A stretch of DNA of 64,000 bases from Rhynchopus sp. YZ270_cl-10 (GCA_964035575.1 OZ037837.1:992001-1056000), one strand, 5' to 3'. Counted from the stretch's first letter, positions 1 through 11,091 are shown. Program-made: numbers and translations. Notes: generated by a model from the sequence alone, not told the origin.

Positions 1-179
1 CGTGGCGTACACGTCTGCTGCCATCTACGCTGGGATAGCCGTCCGGTTTGAACTTGGGGTTCAACAACAGTGCCAAATGGACTTATGCGTCGCTGTGTCA
101 ACTGAAAAACAATGAAAAACAAGAATGTCGTTGAGGAAGATTGAAATGCATGAAAAACAAGAAGAACAAGGTAAAATAT

Positions 180-1492
180 CTACAGAGGGTGCTGTCCTAG
201 CTTGTCCTCTTTCGTTGTCTCGCCCACACTAAGCTTCTCAACGGCCGTGCAGGCGAGCTTTGTGGCGTTCACGTTGTTACTGCTGTCGATGTGCACCAAC
301 GTGATGCTTCGGGTCGCTCTCAGCTTGTCAAGCTCACCCCGCGCCTCTTTCTGGAGGTGGGCGACTGCCGCGTATGGTCTGCAGTGCTCGTTCACCTGGT
401 CAACCACGGTTCTACTGGATCCGTAGATGTTCAGTGGTGTGGTGTCTGTGTCGCTCTTCAGGTATTCGAGGCACATCAGCAGTCCTTCATACTCCGCGAC
501 GTTCAGGGTTGTGTCCGCCAGGCGACTGCTGGCTGTCCACCGCACCTCGCCATCTATCTCGAGGCGTGCACCTGCGCCCGATCCCTGGCAAGTGTTTTTC
601 TTCACCCTCGCCCCCGGCTGCCTCACGTTGCAGTATCCGCCGAAGAAGATGCGAGTGTGTCCGGTGGGTTTCTTTGGTTTTCGTCGAGCCTGCTTCTGCT
701 GCTTCTGCTCAGCAGCCAAGCGGATGTGCTTCGCAATTCTGTCTGCTCTCTCCTGTTTGCAGTCCTCGTCTAGGGGTGGGAGCTCTGTGTTCGTCCAGGA
801 TTTGTTCCCTTTGCAGAGGGTTGGCAGGGACCGGATCGTCTTGAGCACCTCAGCAGGTTCGGTGAGGATGGGTCGTCTCGTGATCGCTAGGGTTCCCCAC
901 TTGATGCCTAGGTCTAATGGGGCGAACACTTTGCTCTTGGGGTAGATGGTGCCCGAGAAGAGGTACGCGTTTGCTGCCACTATCTTTGCCTTAGCCATCC
1001 AGTTGCTGAACCAGGTGATTTTGTCGGTGATCATGGAGCTCTCTCGGGAATTGGGTTCCTCTGTGGTGAGCTTTGCTCCTGTGTGCGCTTCGAAGTCCAG
1101 CGCCAGCTCCAGGTGCGAGACGTGCTGTGATTTCCCATTGGACACCGTCGGCCACTTTAGGCTTTCCAGCCACTCCTTGAGTGCGAGGTATCCTTCCGCT
1201 TTGTACGGCCACGCGTCTGGCACCTCGTCAGGAAGTACTCCTATGTAGGTCTCGTATGGGCCTTCTGGTTCCCATGTCCAGGGAAAATTGTCCATTTGGC
1301 TCGTCTTCGTTGTAGTGGTACCGCGTTTTCTCTTGTCCTCCCTCTCTAGGGCGATGTCTGAGTACATGAGAAGCAGCAGCTCTAGGGCTTCTCTGTTCGG
1401 CACTTCCGGAATCATCTGGAAGCCGGCGGGGAGAATGGCGTTGAGGCGCAGGCATTTCGGCCAGCTTTCTCTTACTGCTGGATCGGACACTC
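180..1492 (-). mobile_element. 5'-truncated retroelement-like ORF (probable non-LTR retrotransposon 3' part) with a C-terminal archaeal/plant-type RNase HI-like domain; element may extend beyond the window start
   Basis: 436-codon open frame with no ATG at its 5' end, joined abruptly at 1492/1493 to the Ubl region of the neighbouring gene. C-terminus follows the RNase HI-like pattern: IFFGG...GSGAG...TLNVAEYEGL...IYGSSRTVVDQV...HI...NVNATKLA. Confidence 0.6.
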
Positions 1493-2587
1493 CTGCGTCA
1501 CGTCCTCTCCTTCTGCAATCACTTCATCTCCGAAAGTCATGTCGAAGCCGTCTTCAGGCAACCCCACTGCAGACGCCACCTTCCGAAGCAAGTTCCTGCC
1601 CGTGTCATCCACACTCACCTCAATCTCGTGTTCCACTCCATCCAACCCCTGCACAAGGACAGGCACAACAAGTGCAGACATCTGGGCAAGGGCGTCGTGC
1701 ACGTTCGAAACAGGCAGATTCAGGGAAAACGTTGCGTGTGGGTGTGCAGCACCCACAAGGCGGTGGCGGTCTCCACTCGCTGCCATGCTGTTGATGTTCC
1801 GCACGACTGCCTGCGACTCTGTGACCGCACGCAGCACCTGGCCGTCCCCAAGCTGGCACACCGCCCCGCACTCAGCAATCATGTGTCCTGCCTTCGCAAC
1901 AAACGTCTTCAGCGCACACACCTCCCCTTCACGACTGAGTGCCTGTGTGAGGAAGCTCCGTGCCACCACCTCCTCACACACGATTTCACTGCGCGACACA
2001 TCCTCACGCATCACGAGGTGCTCGACGTTTGTCTGCAGGAGAAGGTCTTTGTACCTGTCCTCCGTGGGTGGGAGTGCCTCAAGCACACGGCACTTCTCCT
2101 CTGCAGCAGTCCGCTGTGTTGTCAGGTCTGTCACGTGTGAGCAGAGGGTGTCACGCTGGCGTTTCATGTAGTCCGTGATGTCAACCGTCTTGTGTCCCGC
2201 ATGTGTGTCGCACTTGTCACAGCGCATGCAGATCAACGCGTCTCCACACGCAGGGTCTTCACAGACGACGCACAGCTCTTGGCCTGGGTGAAGTGCACAC
2301 TTCGACGACTTCCCGTACACAGTCACAGAAGCGCGATGTGTCTCACGGTCACGTGGCCTTGTGTGGCAAGCGTCATAGCACGCAGGTGTGTCGCAGAAGA
2401 ACAGATCCGTGCAGACCCCGCACTGCAGCTGTGCAGGCACGCCACAGTTCTCACAGCTCGGCATCTGTGGTGCGGTGGGCTGCGTATCACACACCATGTT
2501 GTGTGTTTCGGAGAGGTGGGAGGGTGCAGGGCCGTCCACCCGGGCCTTCTTTGTGGTGGGGGACTCACTCACGGAGGAACGCTTCAT
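1472..2587 (-). pseudogene. Truncated B-box x2 / coiled-coil / Ubl protein (paralog of 37088 and 39814 genes) lacking its LRR region
   Basis: Near-identical to the paralogs from MKRSSVS (ATG 2587) to AEGEDV; identity stops at 1493 and foreign sequence supplies ECPIQQ-stop. Confidence 0.8.
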
Positions 2588-2799
2588 TTTTTCTGTGTTT
2601 TCTGAGATCTGTGTGTGGATCGTGCGTGTGATATTGTCTGTCATTGACACGTGGTCAATACCATTCAGGTCAGCGACAAGTGAATTATTTGTCATTTCGC
2701 TTGTCAAAGAAATGACAAGTGACATCACTTGCCACCTATCGTTGGCCGTGTCGTGCATCGGTTGCCTCCTCCGAAGCATGCACAACCGCTGCTGCGATC

Positions 2800-3082
2800 C
2801 CACCCACTGCCTCTCCCCCTCCTCCCACACACCCCGCTGCCCCTCTACCACTCCCAGGGTAAGTGGAGAGATGTGCACAGCTGCCACCTGCCTGAGGGAC
2901 ACAGACGGTACAGTGCCATGTCGCGAAAGTGAAACCACACACTGAATAAAAACACCACCCAAGATAGGCACCCCACACTAGCGCACCCCACCCCACCCAC
3001 CCCAGCAAGAACGCCAAAGGTGCTCTCGTGCTGCAACCACGGCAAGCCGAGGTGCCAGGAAAATACACGAAAGCACCCCGGC
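2800..3082. repeat. Dispersed ~280-bp repeat module A, copy 1 (others ~6106-6390, 8668-8870 partial, 34246-34533, 62957-63245)
   Basis: cccacccactgcctctcccc...gccatgtcgcgaaagtgaa...gataggcacccc...aagaacgccaaaggtgctctcgtg...cacgaaagcacccc recurs almost verbatim at all listed positions. Confidence 0.9.
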
Positions 3083-3291
3083 CACAATTTCCCCTCCCAT
3101 CATCACCACAAACAATGTATGGAAGTGCGACACCCACAACACTGTGCACCTCCACCTCCAAATGATCAGTGCACAATGTCTCACTCCAAAAAATACCCGC
3201 TTTGTATTTCGAAAGCCCGCAAACCCGTTTGCAGTTTGCGTGTTTGCGGGTTTGCCACTGTACTTTACGAAGGGAAAAGGAGGTAAAAACC

Positions 3292-3745
3292 TGGGTGTGA
3301 TCTGGGCATAACAGCCTGTCCCAGACTCTCCTGGTACAGCAGCAGCAGGAAGCACAATAAAAGCAGCACATAAACCATCGCAATGCGACTCTGCCGCTCA
3401 CGCTTCACATCCTTCGTCATCAACTTCACCACATCCCCGACAGTGATGACCAACTCATTCTGAAGAAAGGCCCCTTCTCCCTCTGGTGGTTTGGGCACTT
3501 CACATGCGACAGACTTCTCTGGCTTTTTGCCACCCTTTAACCGATGCTACACGAGACGTTTCTGGTGCGGGCTCTGCAGTTGGCTGCAAGTCTTGCACCG
3601 GTAGGGGCGATAAGTCCGCATCAACCTCAGCTGCAGACAGCTTGTTGAACTTCGCAGCATCTGGGGCTGCTGTAGGTACCTCCTTTGATGCGTTTAGCAC
3701 TTCTGCGGTTCCCACAGGATTGGGTGTGATCTGGGCATAACAGCC
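3292..3745. other. 404-bp coding-like insert flanked by a 25-bp direct repeat
   Basis: tgggtgtgatctgggcataacagcc at 3292-3316 and 3721-3745; the paralogous block has a single copy at 8948-8972 with no insert. Confidence 0.75.
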
Positions 3746-4151
3746 ACAACACTCATGCTGTGGGTTTGCACAACGAGGGACACTTTCCCGAACATTCAGA
3801 ACAGGAAAATATAGTCCATCATGCTCCAACTTCTTCGCCACCTCATAACGTACCTGGCGCGCCCACCCACCCACCTGTTGTGCACGAAAGGTACACACAC
3901 GGGAAAGCAGGCCACACCACAGACATCGATGCATGCAGCCACGTCCTCGCACAGCCCCGCCCCACGCAAGGAAGAACGCCCAAGGTGCTCTCGTGCTGCA
4001 ACCACAGACAAGCTGAGGTGCCAGAAAAATACACGAAAGAACCCCACGGCCCTCATAATGCACCGTTTTACCCCAAACACAACCGTGCACGCCTGGTGCT
4101 ATCCGCACCCGACCTGTGCCTATTCGGTCTACGTCCATACAATTACACCTA

Positions 4152-4652
4152 CAGTTGGACAAGAAACTTGGCGACCAAATAACTTGGCGACCAAATAATA
4201 TTGGCGGATTTGGCGACTTGTAATTGACAACTTTCTTGGTTCGTAGTACGTTGTTCTCACTACGTTCCTACCTCGTGCCCTCCTACGGCAAATGATGACA
4301 CAATCACTTCTCAAGCTCACCACGCAGTGCCCATTGGCTTTCGGCGGGAGCCCTCTCCTTTAGTCGCTCTTGTTATGTCAGAAGCTTTAGGGCCATCGTG
4401 ACCAAGAGCGACTACAATGCTGGTGGGAAAATGGTCTCTCGGGTAAAAGTTTGTAAAGCCAAGATGGGCGGTGACTTCGTGGGTACAAATGTGTATTGGG
4501 GGCGTTGGTTGTGGCTCATCCTTGCGAGTGCGGCCTTGGTATAATTATTACGAAATACCTTAAGTAAACCGATTCTGAAACACACGTGCACACAACCGAT
4601 CACAATACACCAAAATTACACTTATTTTTGCCTAAATTTCTAGGCCAAACGG
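4152..4652. mobile_element. Possible degenerate Tc1/mariner-type non-autonomous element
   Basis: Starts TA|CAGTTGGACAAGAAACTTGGC where the paralogous flank (caattacaccta, ~10228) continues differently; the right end reverse-complements imperfectly (CCGTTTGGCCTAGAAATTTAGGC). Internal 12-bp inverted repeat tagtcgctcttg/caagagcgacta at 4361-4414. Confidence 0.35.
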
Positions 4653-4677
4653 CACAGATACTCACCACGCGAGAGAG

Positions 4678-5460
4678 ACAATGCAGGGAAGCACCACACC
4701 CACAACACTGTGCACCTCCACCTCCCTGCCCACCCAACGCAACCCACAGACCTTCACCACAAAAGGAAGAACGCCCACACACCAGACCCACCCACCCAAG
4801 ACCTCTGTGCAATGCAGTCGAAGCTATGCGGCGTGCTTCTAGATGATGGTGAACGCCAAGGAGCTCCGAACAGGTCAAATGGTGAGTGCAGGTTCCCTAG
4901 TATCGCCCATTATCGCCATATGGCAAAGGGAAAAGTGAGGTTTTAGCAGGAAAAACAGGAAAGTGCTTCAAACTGCTCAAAACACCGTTTTTCGGCCTTC
5001 TTTTGACAGATCGCTCCCAGAGGGGTGCAAAGGTGTTGGGTCTTGGCACAAAAACGGACCACTTTTGAGGGAAAAGAAAAGCACCGCGAAGGCGGAATCG
5101 AACCGCTGCGGGTCACCCCGCCTACAGATTTGAAGTCTGCAACCAACACCAGTTGATATCATCACGGCGATAGGAGGCGCCCATAGCGTACAGGGCTGTG
5201 CAGCCTTCACCACATTGCACAGGTTTGTCCATTTCCCCCCAACCCCCACCTTCAAAACCCAACCCCATCACGCACCTGAGTGCCGCCATCCCAGCCCTGC
5301 TGCAAGATGCAGTGCCTCCCATAGGACACTCTCCGCTGTCTCCACCCACCCCACGCAAGGAAGAACGCCAAAGGTGCTCTCGTGCTGCAACCACAGACAA
5401 GCTGAGGTGCCAGACAAATACACGAAAGCACCCCATGGCCGGCCCACCAGCTTCTCCTCC
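4678..5460. repeat. Segmental duplication carrying tRNA-Sec (second copy ~9300-10125)
   Basis: 4800-5460 is nearly identical to 9470-10125 by direct comparison. Confidence 0.9.
5082..5168 (-). tRNA. TRU-TCA: tRNA-Sec (anticodon UCA), copy 1
   Basis: GCCGTGATG AT ATCAAC TGGT GTTGGT TGCAGA CTTCAAA TCTGTA G GCGGG GTGA CCCGC A GCGG TTCGATT CCGC CTTCGCGGT G: 87 nt, 9-bp acceptor stem, 6-bp D stem, long variable arm, 4-bp T stem, G73 discriminator = eukaryotic 9/4 tRNA-Sec fold; followed by T runs. Confidence 0.96.
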
Positions 5461-7395
5461 CATACTCACCATATCAACCACCCTGGTGGAGTGGCTTTTG
5501 CCACGATTGGGGAGATCTAATGGATGTGGACTGACTATCTTTTATGTTGACTTTTGTTCTTGCTCTATTTGGGCAGAATAGCTATCATTTCCTCAGAACT
5601 CTTTGAGTTCCGGTTGGCCGGGACTCAAAGAGTTCCGAACGATACTAGATCTCCCAGACAAACACTGTGCAAGGTGCCAGACATGCACGAAAGCACCCCA
5701 CGGCCGGCCACAGTTTCCCCTCCCACACTCACCACAAACAATGCAGGGAAGCACCACACCCACAACACTGTGCACCTCCACCTCCCTGCCCCCACCCAAC
5801 GCAACCCACAGACCACCACAAAAGGGACAACGCCCACACCCCACATCAACCTGCGACACTAACACCCAGCCCTGCTCCATGTAACCCAACCCACAGACTG
5901 CAAACGTACCACCCCTCTCTACCATGTAACGGCACCTGCAAAATAGTGGCTTCCGTCTCAGAGTGAAAGACCCGTCACCACAACCACACGTTCAGCGACA
6001 CTTCAGGTGCTGCACTGCCCGACCCCGCCCATGAGTGTCATGAGGTAGGGCATGATCTAGCGGTGATCACAAGGTTTGCGGGTTTGCGGGTTTGCGAGAT
6101 CACACCCCCACCCACTGCCTCTCCCCCTCCTCCCACACACCCCGCTGCCCCTCTACCACTCCTAGGGTAAGTGGGGAGATGTGCACAGCTGCCACCTGCC
6201 TGAGGGGCACAGACGGTAGTGCCATGTCGCGAAAGTGAACCCACACACTGAATAAAAACACCACCCAAGATAGGCACCCCACACCAGCGCACCCCACCCC
6301 ACCCACCCCAGCAAGAACGCCAAAGGTGCTCTCGTGCTGCAACCACGGCAAGCCGAGGTGCCAGGAAAATACACGAAAGCACCCCACGGCTGGGTACCTC
6401 CCTGTTCCACCTCATATTCTTTGCTGATCTGTTGGTTCAGTGTAGCTACCATTCAGGCAGTCTTCACTATGCAGAAAACACTCTCAAGAAAGGCCTCTGA
6501 TCTGGGGCCATTTGATGCGCTGCAACTACAAGGGTTTTGGAGACCGTCACTCTGAAACAAATATTAGACTTGGGTAGACCAACGTTTATGGCGTAGCTCA
6601 CTCTTTGAATCATAAAAGAGGCAGAGAATGCTCGAGAGACTCGTTTTTCTTTGCTTGTTGCTCAAAAGATTATAAGCGGGAGGGGAAAATAAGGGTTGCT
6701 TGTTGTTCGCTTCCACATGGGTTGACCAAAGTTTCTGGAGTGGTTCACTCTTTGAATCATAAAAGTGGGAGAAAAGAAAAGGTGACGATATTCTGATTAT
6801 ACTTTTTATCCCTGACCACCCAATACGCAGCAACGCTGCTCAAACAAGTTTGATTGAACAGTTGTTCACTCTTTGAAGAATAAAAAATAAACAAAATCTC
6901 AAGATGCAGTATCAGCAAAACTTGGAGAGGGGGGCCAAACAATCTTGTAAGAGGAGTGTACGTCTTGTGTTCACATCTAAAAGCAAAACTGTGAGGGGGA
7001 CATACAAGTGTATCGTGTGGAAGAGAGGTAGGGAGCGGGGGTGTTCTGTTAAAAAGAGGTCGTTTTTTGTTTTGTTTTTTTAGATGATTCTGTGGCTTCG
7101 CTGTTCTTCACACAAAACTTACCCAAACACCCGACCTCCCCTCCCCAAATAAAACCCTTCTTCAGGAAAAGAAATCGAAACAAAGAATGCGTGAATCCCC
7201 CAATGTCGTACCCACCCCGACCCTATTCCCCTGTTCCCCTATTACCCCTTCTCGTGGCAAGACCGACAAACGAGAGCAAAAACGTAACAACAGTTCACAG
7301 AAGCTTCGGACCATGGTACTGCGGGTTGCCTCTGACGCATCGATGCAGATGCGGCTGACTGTGCTCTTGCCGGTTGCAAACGCACCGGCCTTCTA

Positions 7396-8502
7396 TCATT
7401 CTGAGCCTCTCCGTCGCTTGCGGCACTGCTCGGGAGATTCGTCTCTGCTACGTTTCGGACGTGCATCAACAAGCTCCTTCAGGTTGCTTTCCTGTACTCG
7501 ACTCGACACAGCGCTGCTGCAGCCGGAGAGGTGGATGCTCTTCAACGAAGTGTACCGGACAGCAGGTAGTGCACCCATGTCCATGACTGCGCTGAGTGGT
7601 GATAAGTCAAGCACTGTGAGGCTGCTGCAGTTGGCAAGAAAGCTTTTGCCTATTTGTGTAACATTGCTGAGTGGTGTCAAGTCCAGCTCTGTGAGGCCGC
7701 TGCAGTTGGCAAGAAAATAACCACCTATGTGTGCAATCCTGCTGAGTGGTGACAAGTCTAGTTCTGTGAGGCCGCTGCAGCCCTTGAGAAACCAACCACC
7801 AACTGTCGTCACATTGCGAAGTGGTGACATGTTTAGTGCTGTGAGGCTCTCGCAGTTGGAAAGAAAGCATCGGCGTATGTCCGTAACATTACAAAGTGGT
7901 GACAAGTCCAGCTCTGTGAGGCTCCTGCAGCCGAGAAGAAAGTACGCATCTATGTGTGCAATCCTGCTGAGTGGCGACAAGTCTAATTCTGTGAGGCCTG
8001 TGCCGGAAAGAAAGCTCTCGCCAATCCGCGTCACATTGCACAACCCAGAGAGGTTGATACTTGTCAACGTTGCGCACTCGCCAAGAAAATAGTCACCTAT
8101 TTCCGTCACACACGAAACAGCACTGAGATCAAGTGTTGTTAACGTTGTGTATGCTAAGAAGCGATTCGGAATGACCGTCGCAACCTCCGCCTGCAGAAGC
8201 AAACACGCCACCACAGGATCCTCCACAGTCTCCAGCCTCTCTGCAGTGATATCGGTCTCACCCAACGCATGAAGCTCTGCAAGGGCTTCTTGTTTCTTCG
8301 TCTTCGTCAGCACGACTGTGTCTCCAGCACTCAGCTGCGTGATGTCCTCTCCTTCCTCCTTCCCTCCGAAGCCCATGTGGAAGCTGTCCTCAGCCAACCC
8401 TGCTGCAGTCGCCACCTTCTGCCGCATCGTCTCCGTTGTGTCATCCACACCCACCTCGATCACGTACAAGTTGTCTGCACAGTCCTTGATGGTCAGTTCC
8501 AT
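7396..8502 (-). CDS. Ubl-domain + BspA/TpLRR-like leucine-rich-repeat protein (about 7 repeats plus cap, C-terminal basic NLS-like tail)
   Basis: Likely start MELTIKDCADNLYVIEVGVDDT (ubiquitin-fold pattern); 25-aa repeats VTxIGxxFLxxCxxLTxLDLSPLSx; ends RPKRSR...RKRRR. The upstream extension of the listed ORF is repeat module A. Confidence 0.85.
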   Translation of the reverse strand: MELTIKDCADNLYVIEVGVDDTTETMRQKVATAAGLAEDSFHMGFGGKEEGEDITQLSAGDTVVLTKTKKQEALAELHALGETDITAERLETVEDPVVACLLLQAEVATVIPNRFLAYTTLTTLDLSAVSCVTEIGDYFLGECATLTSINLSGLCNVTRIGESFLSGTGLTELDLSPLSRIAHIDAYFLLGCRSLTELDLSPLCNVTDIRRCFLSNCESLTALNMSPLRNVTTVGGWFLKGCSGLTELDLSPLSRIAHIGGYFLANCSGLTELDLTPLSNVTQIGKSFLANCSSLTVLDLSPLSAVMDMGALPAVRYTSLKSIHLSGCSSAVSSRVQESNLKELVDARPKRSRDESPEQCRKRRRGSE

Positions 8503-9750
8503 TTGTCTTCTTTTGTGTTGCTCTGTTGTGTGGTGGGGTTGTGGTGTTGGGGCAACGACGTAGAAACCCCTTGGCAGGCAGAGCCGTGCAACGACACCGC
8601 ACGAAGCCGCAAGACGCACGATGGTGGGTGACTGCTTAGACGACCTGGGAGAAGAACACCCACCAGATGCCACCTGCCTGAGGGACACAGACGGCACAGT
8701 GCCATGTCGCGAAAGTGAACCCACACACTGAATAAAAACACCACCCAAGATAGGCACCCCACACCAGCGCACCCCACCCCACCCACCCCAGCAAGAACGC
8801 CAAAGGTGCTCTCGTGCTGCAACCACGGCAAGCCGAGGTGCCAGACAAATGCACGAAAGCACCCCACGGCTGGGCACGTCCCTGTTCCACCCCAGCATCA
8901 CCACAACGACGGCCGACTGTACTTTACGAAGGGAAAAGGTGGTAACCTGGGTGTGATCTGGGCATGACAGCCACAATACTCATGCTGTGGGTTTGCACAA
9001 CGAGGGACACTTTCCCGAACAGTTTCAGAGCAGGAAAATATAGTCCATCATGATCCAACTTCGTCGCCACCTCATAACGTACCTGGCGTGCCTGCCCACC
9101 CACCTGTTGTGCACGAAAGGTACACACACGGGAAAGCAGGCGGCACCACAGACATCGATGCATGCAGCCACGTCCTCGCACAGCATCGCCCCACGCAAGG
9201 AAGAACGCCAAAGGTGCTCTCGTGCTGCAACCGAGGTACCAGACATGCACGAAAGCACCCCACGGCCGGCCACAGTTTCCCCTCCCACACTCACCACAAA
9301 CAATGCAGGGAAGCACCACACCCACAACACTGTGCACCTCCACCTCCCTGCCCCCACCCAACGCAACCCACAGACCACCACAAAAGGGAGAACGCCCACA
9401 CCCCACATCAACCTGCGACATCAACACCAGACCCACCACCCCAAGACGCTGCACCACAGATGAGCCAGCACCTCTGTGCAATGCAGTCGAAGCTATGCGG
9501 CGTGCTTCTAGATGAAGGTGAACGCCAAGGAGCTCCGAACAGGTCAAATGGTGAGTGCAGGTTGCCTAGTATCGCCCATTATCGCCATATGGCAAAGGGA
9601 AAAGTGAGGTTTTAGCAGGAAAAACAGGAAAGTGGTTCAAACTGCTCAAAACACCGTTTTTCGGCCTTCTTTTGACAGATCGCTCCCAGAGGGGTGCAAA
9701 GGTGTTGGGTCTTGGCACAAAAACGGACCACTTTTGAGGGAAAAGAAAAG

Positions 9751-9837
9751 CACCGCGAAGGCGGAATCGAACCGCTGCGGGTCACCCCGCCTACAGATTT
9801 GAAGTCTGCAACCAACACCAGTTGATATCATCACGGC
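9751..9837 (-). tRNA. TRU-TCA: tRNA-Sec (anticodon UCA), copy 2
   Basis: Identical 87-nt sequence to 5082-5168. Confidence 0.96.
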
Positions 9838-10532
9838 GATAGGAGGCGCCCATAGCGTACAGGGCTGTGCAGCCTTCACCACATTGCACAGGTTTGTCCA
9901 TTTCCCCCAACCCCCACCTTCAAAACCCAACCCCATCACGCACCTGAGTGCCGCCATCCCAGCCCTGCTGCAAGATGCAGTGCCTCCCATAGGACACTCT
10001 CCGCTGTCTCCACCCACCCCACGCAAGGAAGAACGCCAAAGGTGCTCTCGTGCTGCAACCACAGACAAGCTGAGGTGCCAGACAAATACACGAAAGCATC
10101 CCACGGCCGGCCCACCAGCTTCCCCTCCCATGGGGTACCGTTTTACCCCAAACACAACCGTGCACACCTGGTGCTATCCGCACCTGACCTGTGTCTATCT
10201 TGGGCACACATTCAGGCTACGTACACACAATTACACCTAAAATTACTCTGGGCGAAAACAATGGCCTCCACCTGCCCCCACCCAACGCAACCCACAGACC
10301 ACCACAAAAGGGAGAACGCCCACACCCCACATCAACCTGCGACACTAACACCCAGCCCTGCTCCATGTAACCCAACCCACAGACTGCAAACATATCACCC
10401 ATGCAACGGCATCTCCACCTCCCACCCTACAGCACATCGTGTCGAGCACATAGTAACACCCGTACATAAAGGAAGGGCATGAAGCACACCACGATTCACG
10501 ATTCATGATTCACAATTCACAATTCACAATTC

Positions 10533-10638
10533 TGGGTGATCTATGAACGGGGAGAGATTTTTTCACTAGCTCTCAGTAAGCTCTCACAGGCTCTCACAGC
10601 CTGTTACGTGTCCCACGGAGACGATCATAGATCACCCA
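10533..10638. mobile_element. 106-bp MITE inside an (ATTCACA)n microsatellite
   Basis: 14-bp perfect TIR tgggtgatctatga / tcatagatcaccca; aattc on both flanks; heptamer array continues on both sides. Confidence 0.7.
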
Positions 10639-10763
10639 AATTCACAATTCACAATCCAATGCAACCCCCCATAGAAATCCACTCAAACCAGATCGAAAGA
10701 GGCCAATAATATATGTTGCATACATAGTGAAAGGGTGCTTAGAGGGGGGGTGGTTTCCTTGTT

Positions 10764-10794
<31 letters not shown>

Positions 10795-11091
10795 TTTGTT
10801 GCAGTCCTTCCTATACCGTTGTATAGCTTTTCGGTGAAACTGCTGAAAACTGAAAACTGAAAACCTGCAAATACTAAAAAGAGCGGTTTAGTTCAAAAAA
10901 AAAAAAAAAATACGATGCTAAGGGGGATTGGTGCAGTGTGACCATGCTTCCCCGCAAAGGGGGGGAACGGGGTGACAACGCAAAAAAAATAAAGCGAAAA
11001 ACAGAATACAAACTATAAAGGGAGAAAGTTGAAAAGTGTAAAAAAATAAAATAAAAAACGCTGTCCTCCCCAACGGGAGGCAGAGACTGAC

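Noticed and set aside
2588..2971. N-terminal extensions of listed ORFs (also 8503-8976) and many 60-220-aa ORFs in the repeat modules
   Set aside because: They are translations of GC-rich dispersed repeats in inconsistent frames and are not conserved among paralogs.
3258..3270. ctgtacttta resembling the 3' end of a euglenozoan spliced leader
   Set aside because: Only 10 nt match, without the following TTG/GT or the rest of an SL RNA.
4795..4895. U1 snRNA-like motifs on the minus strand (ACTCACC, CATTGCAC loop)
   Set aside because: No Sm site or four-way junction evident, and the two copies diverge immediately downstream; needs an Rfam search.
5082..5168. Opal suppressor or tRNA-Trp(UCA) indicating an altered genetic code
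   Set aside because: The 9/4 fold, 6-bp D stem and long variable arm identify tRNA-Sec; several genes here end normally at TGA.
9512..9556. AG-ATG...ATG-GTGAGT micro-exon reading MKVNAKELRTGQM (EF-P N-terminus-like)
   Set aside because: Only 13 codons, with no downstream exons found; could be chance.
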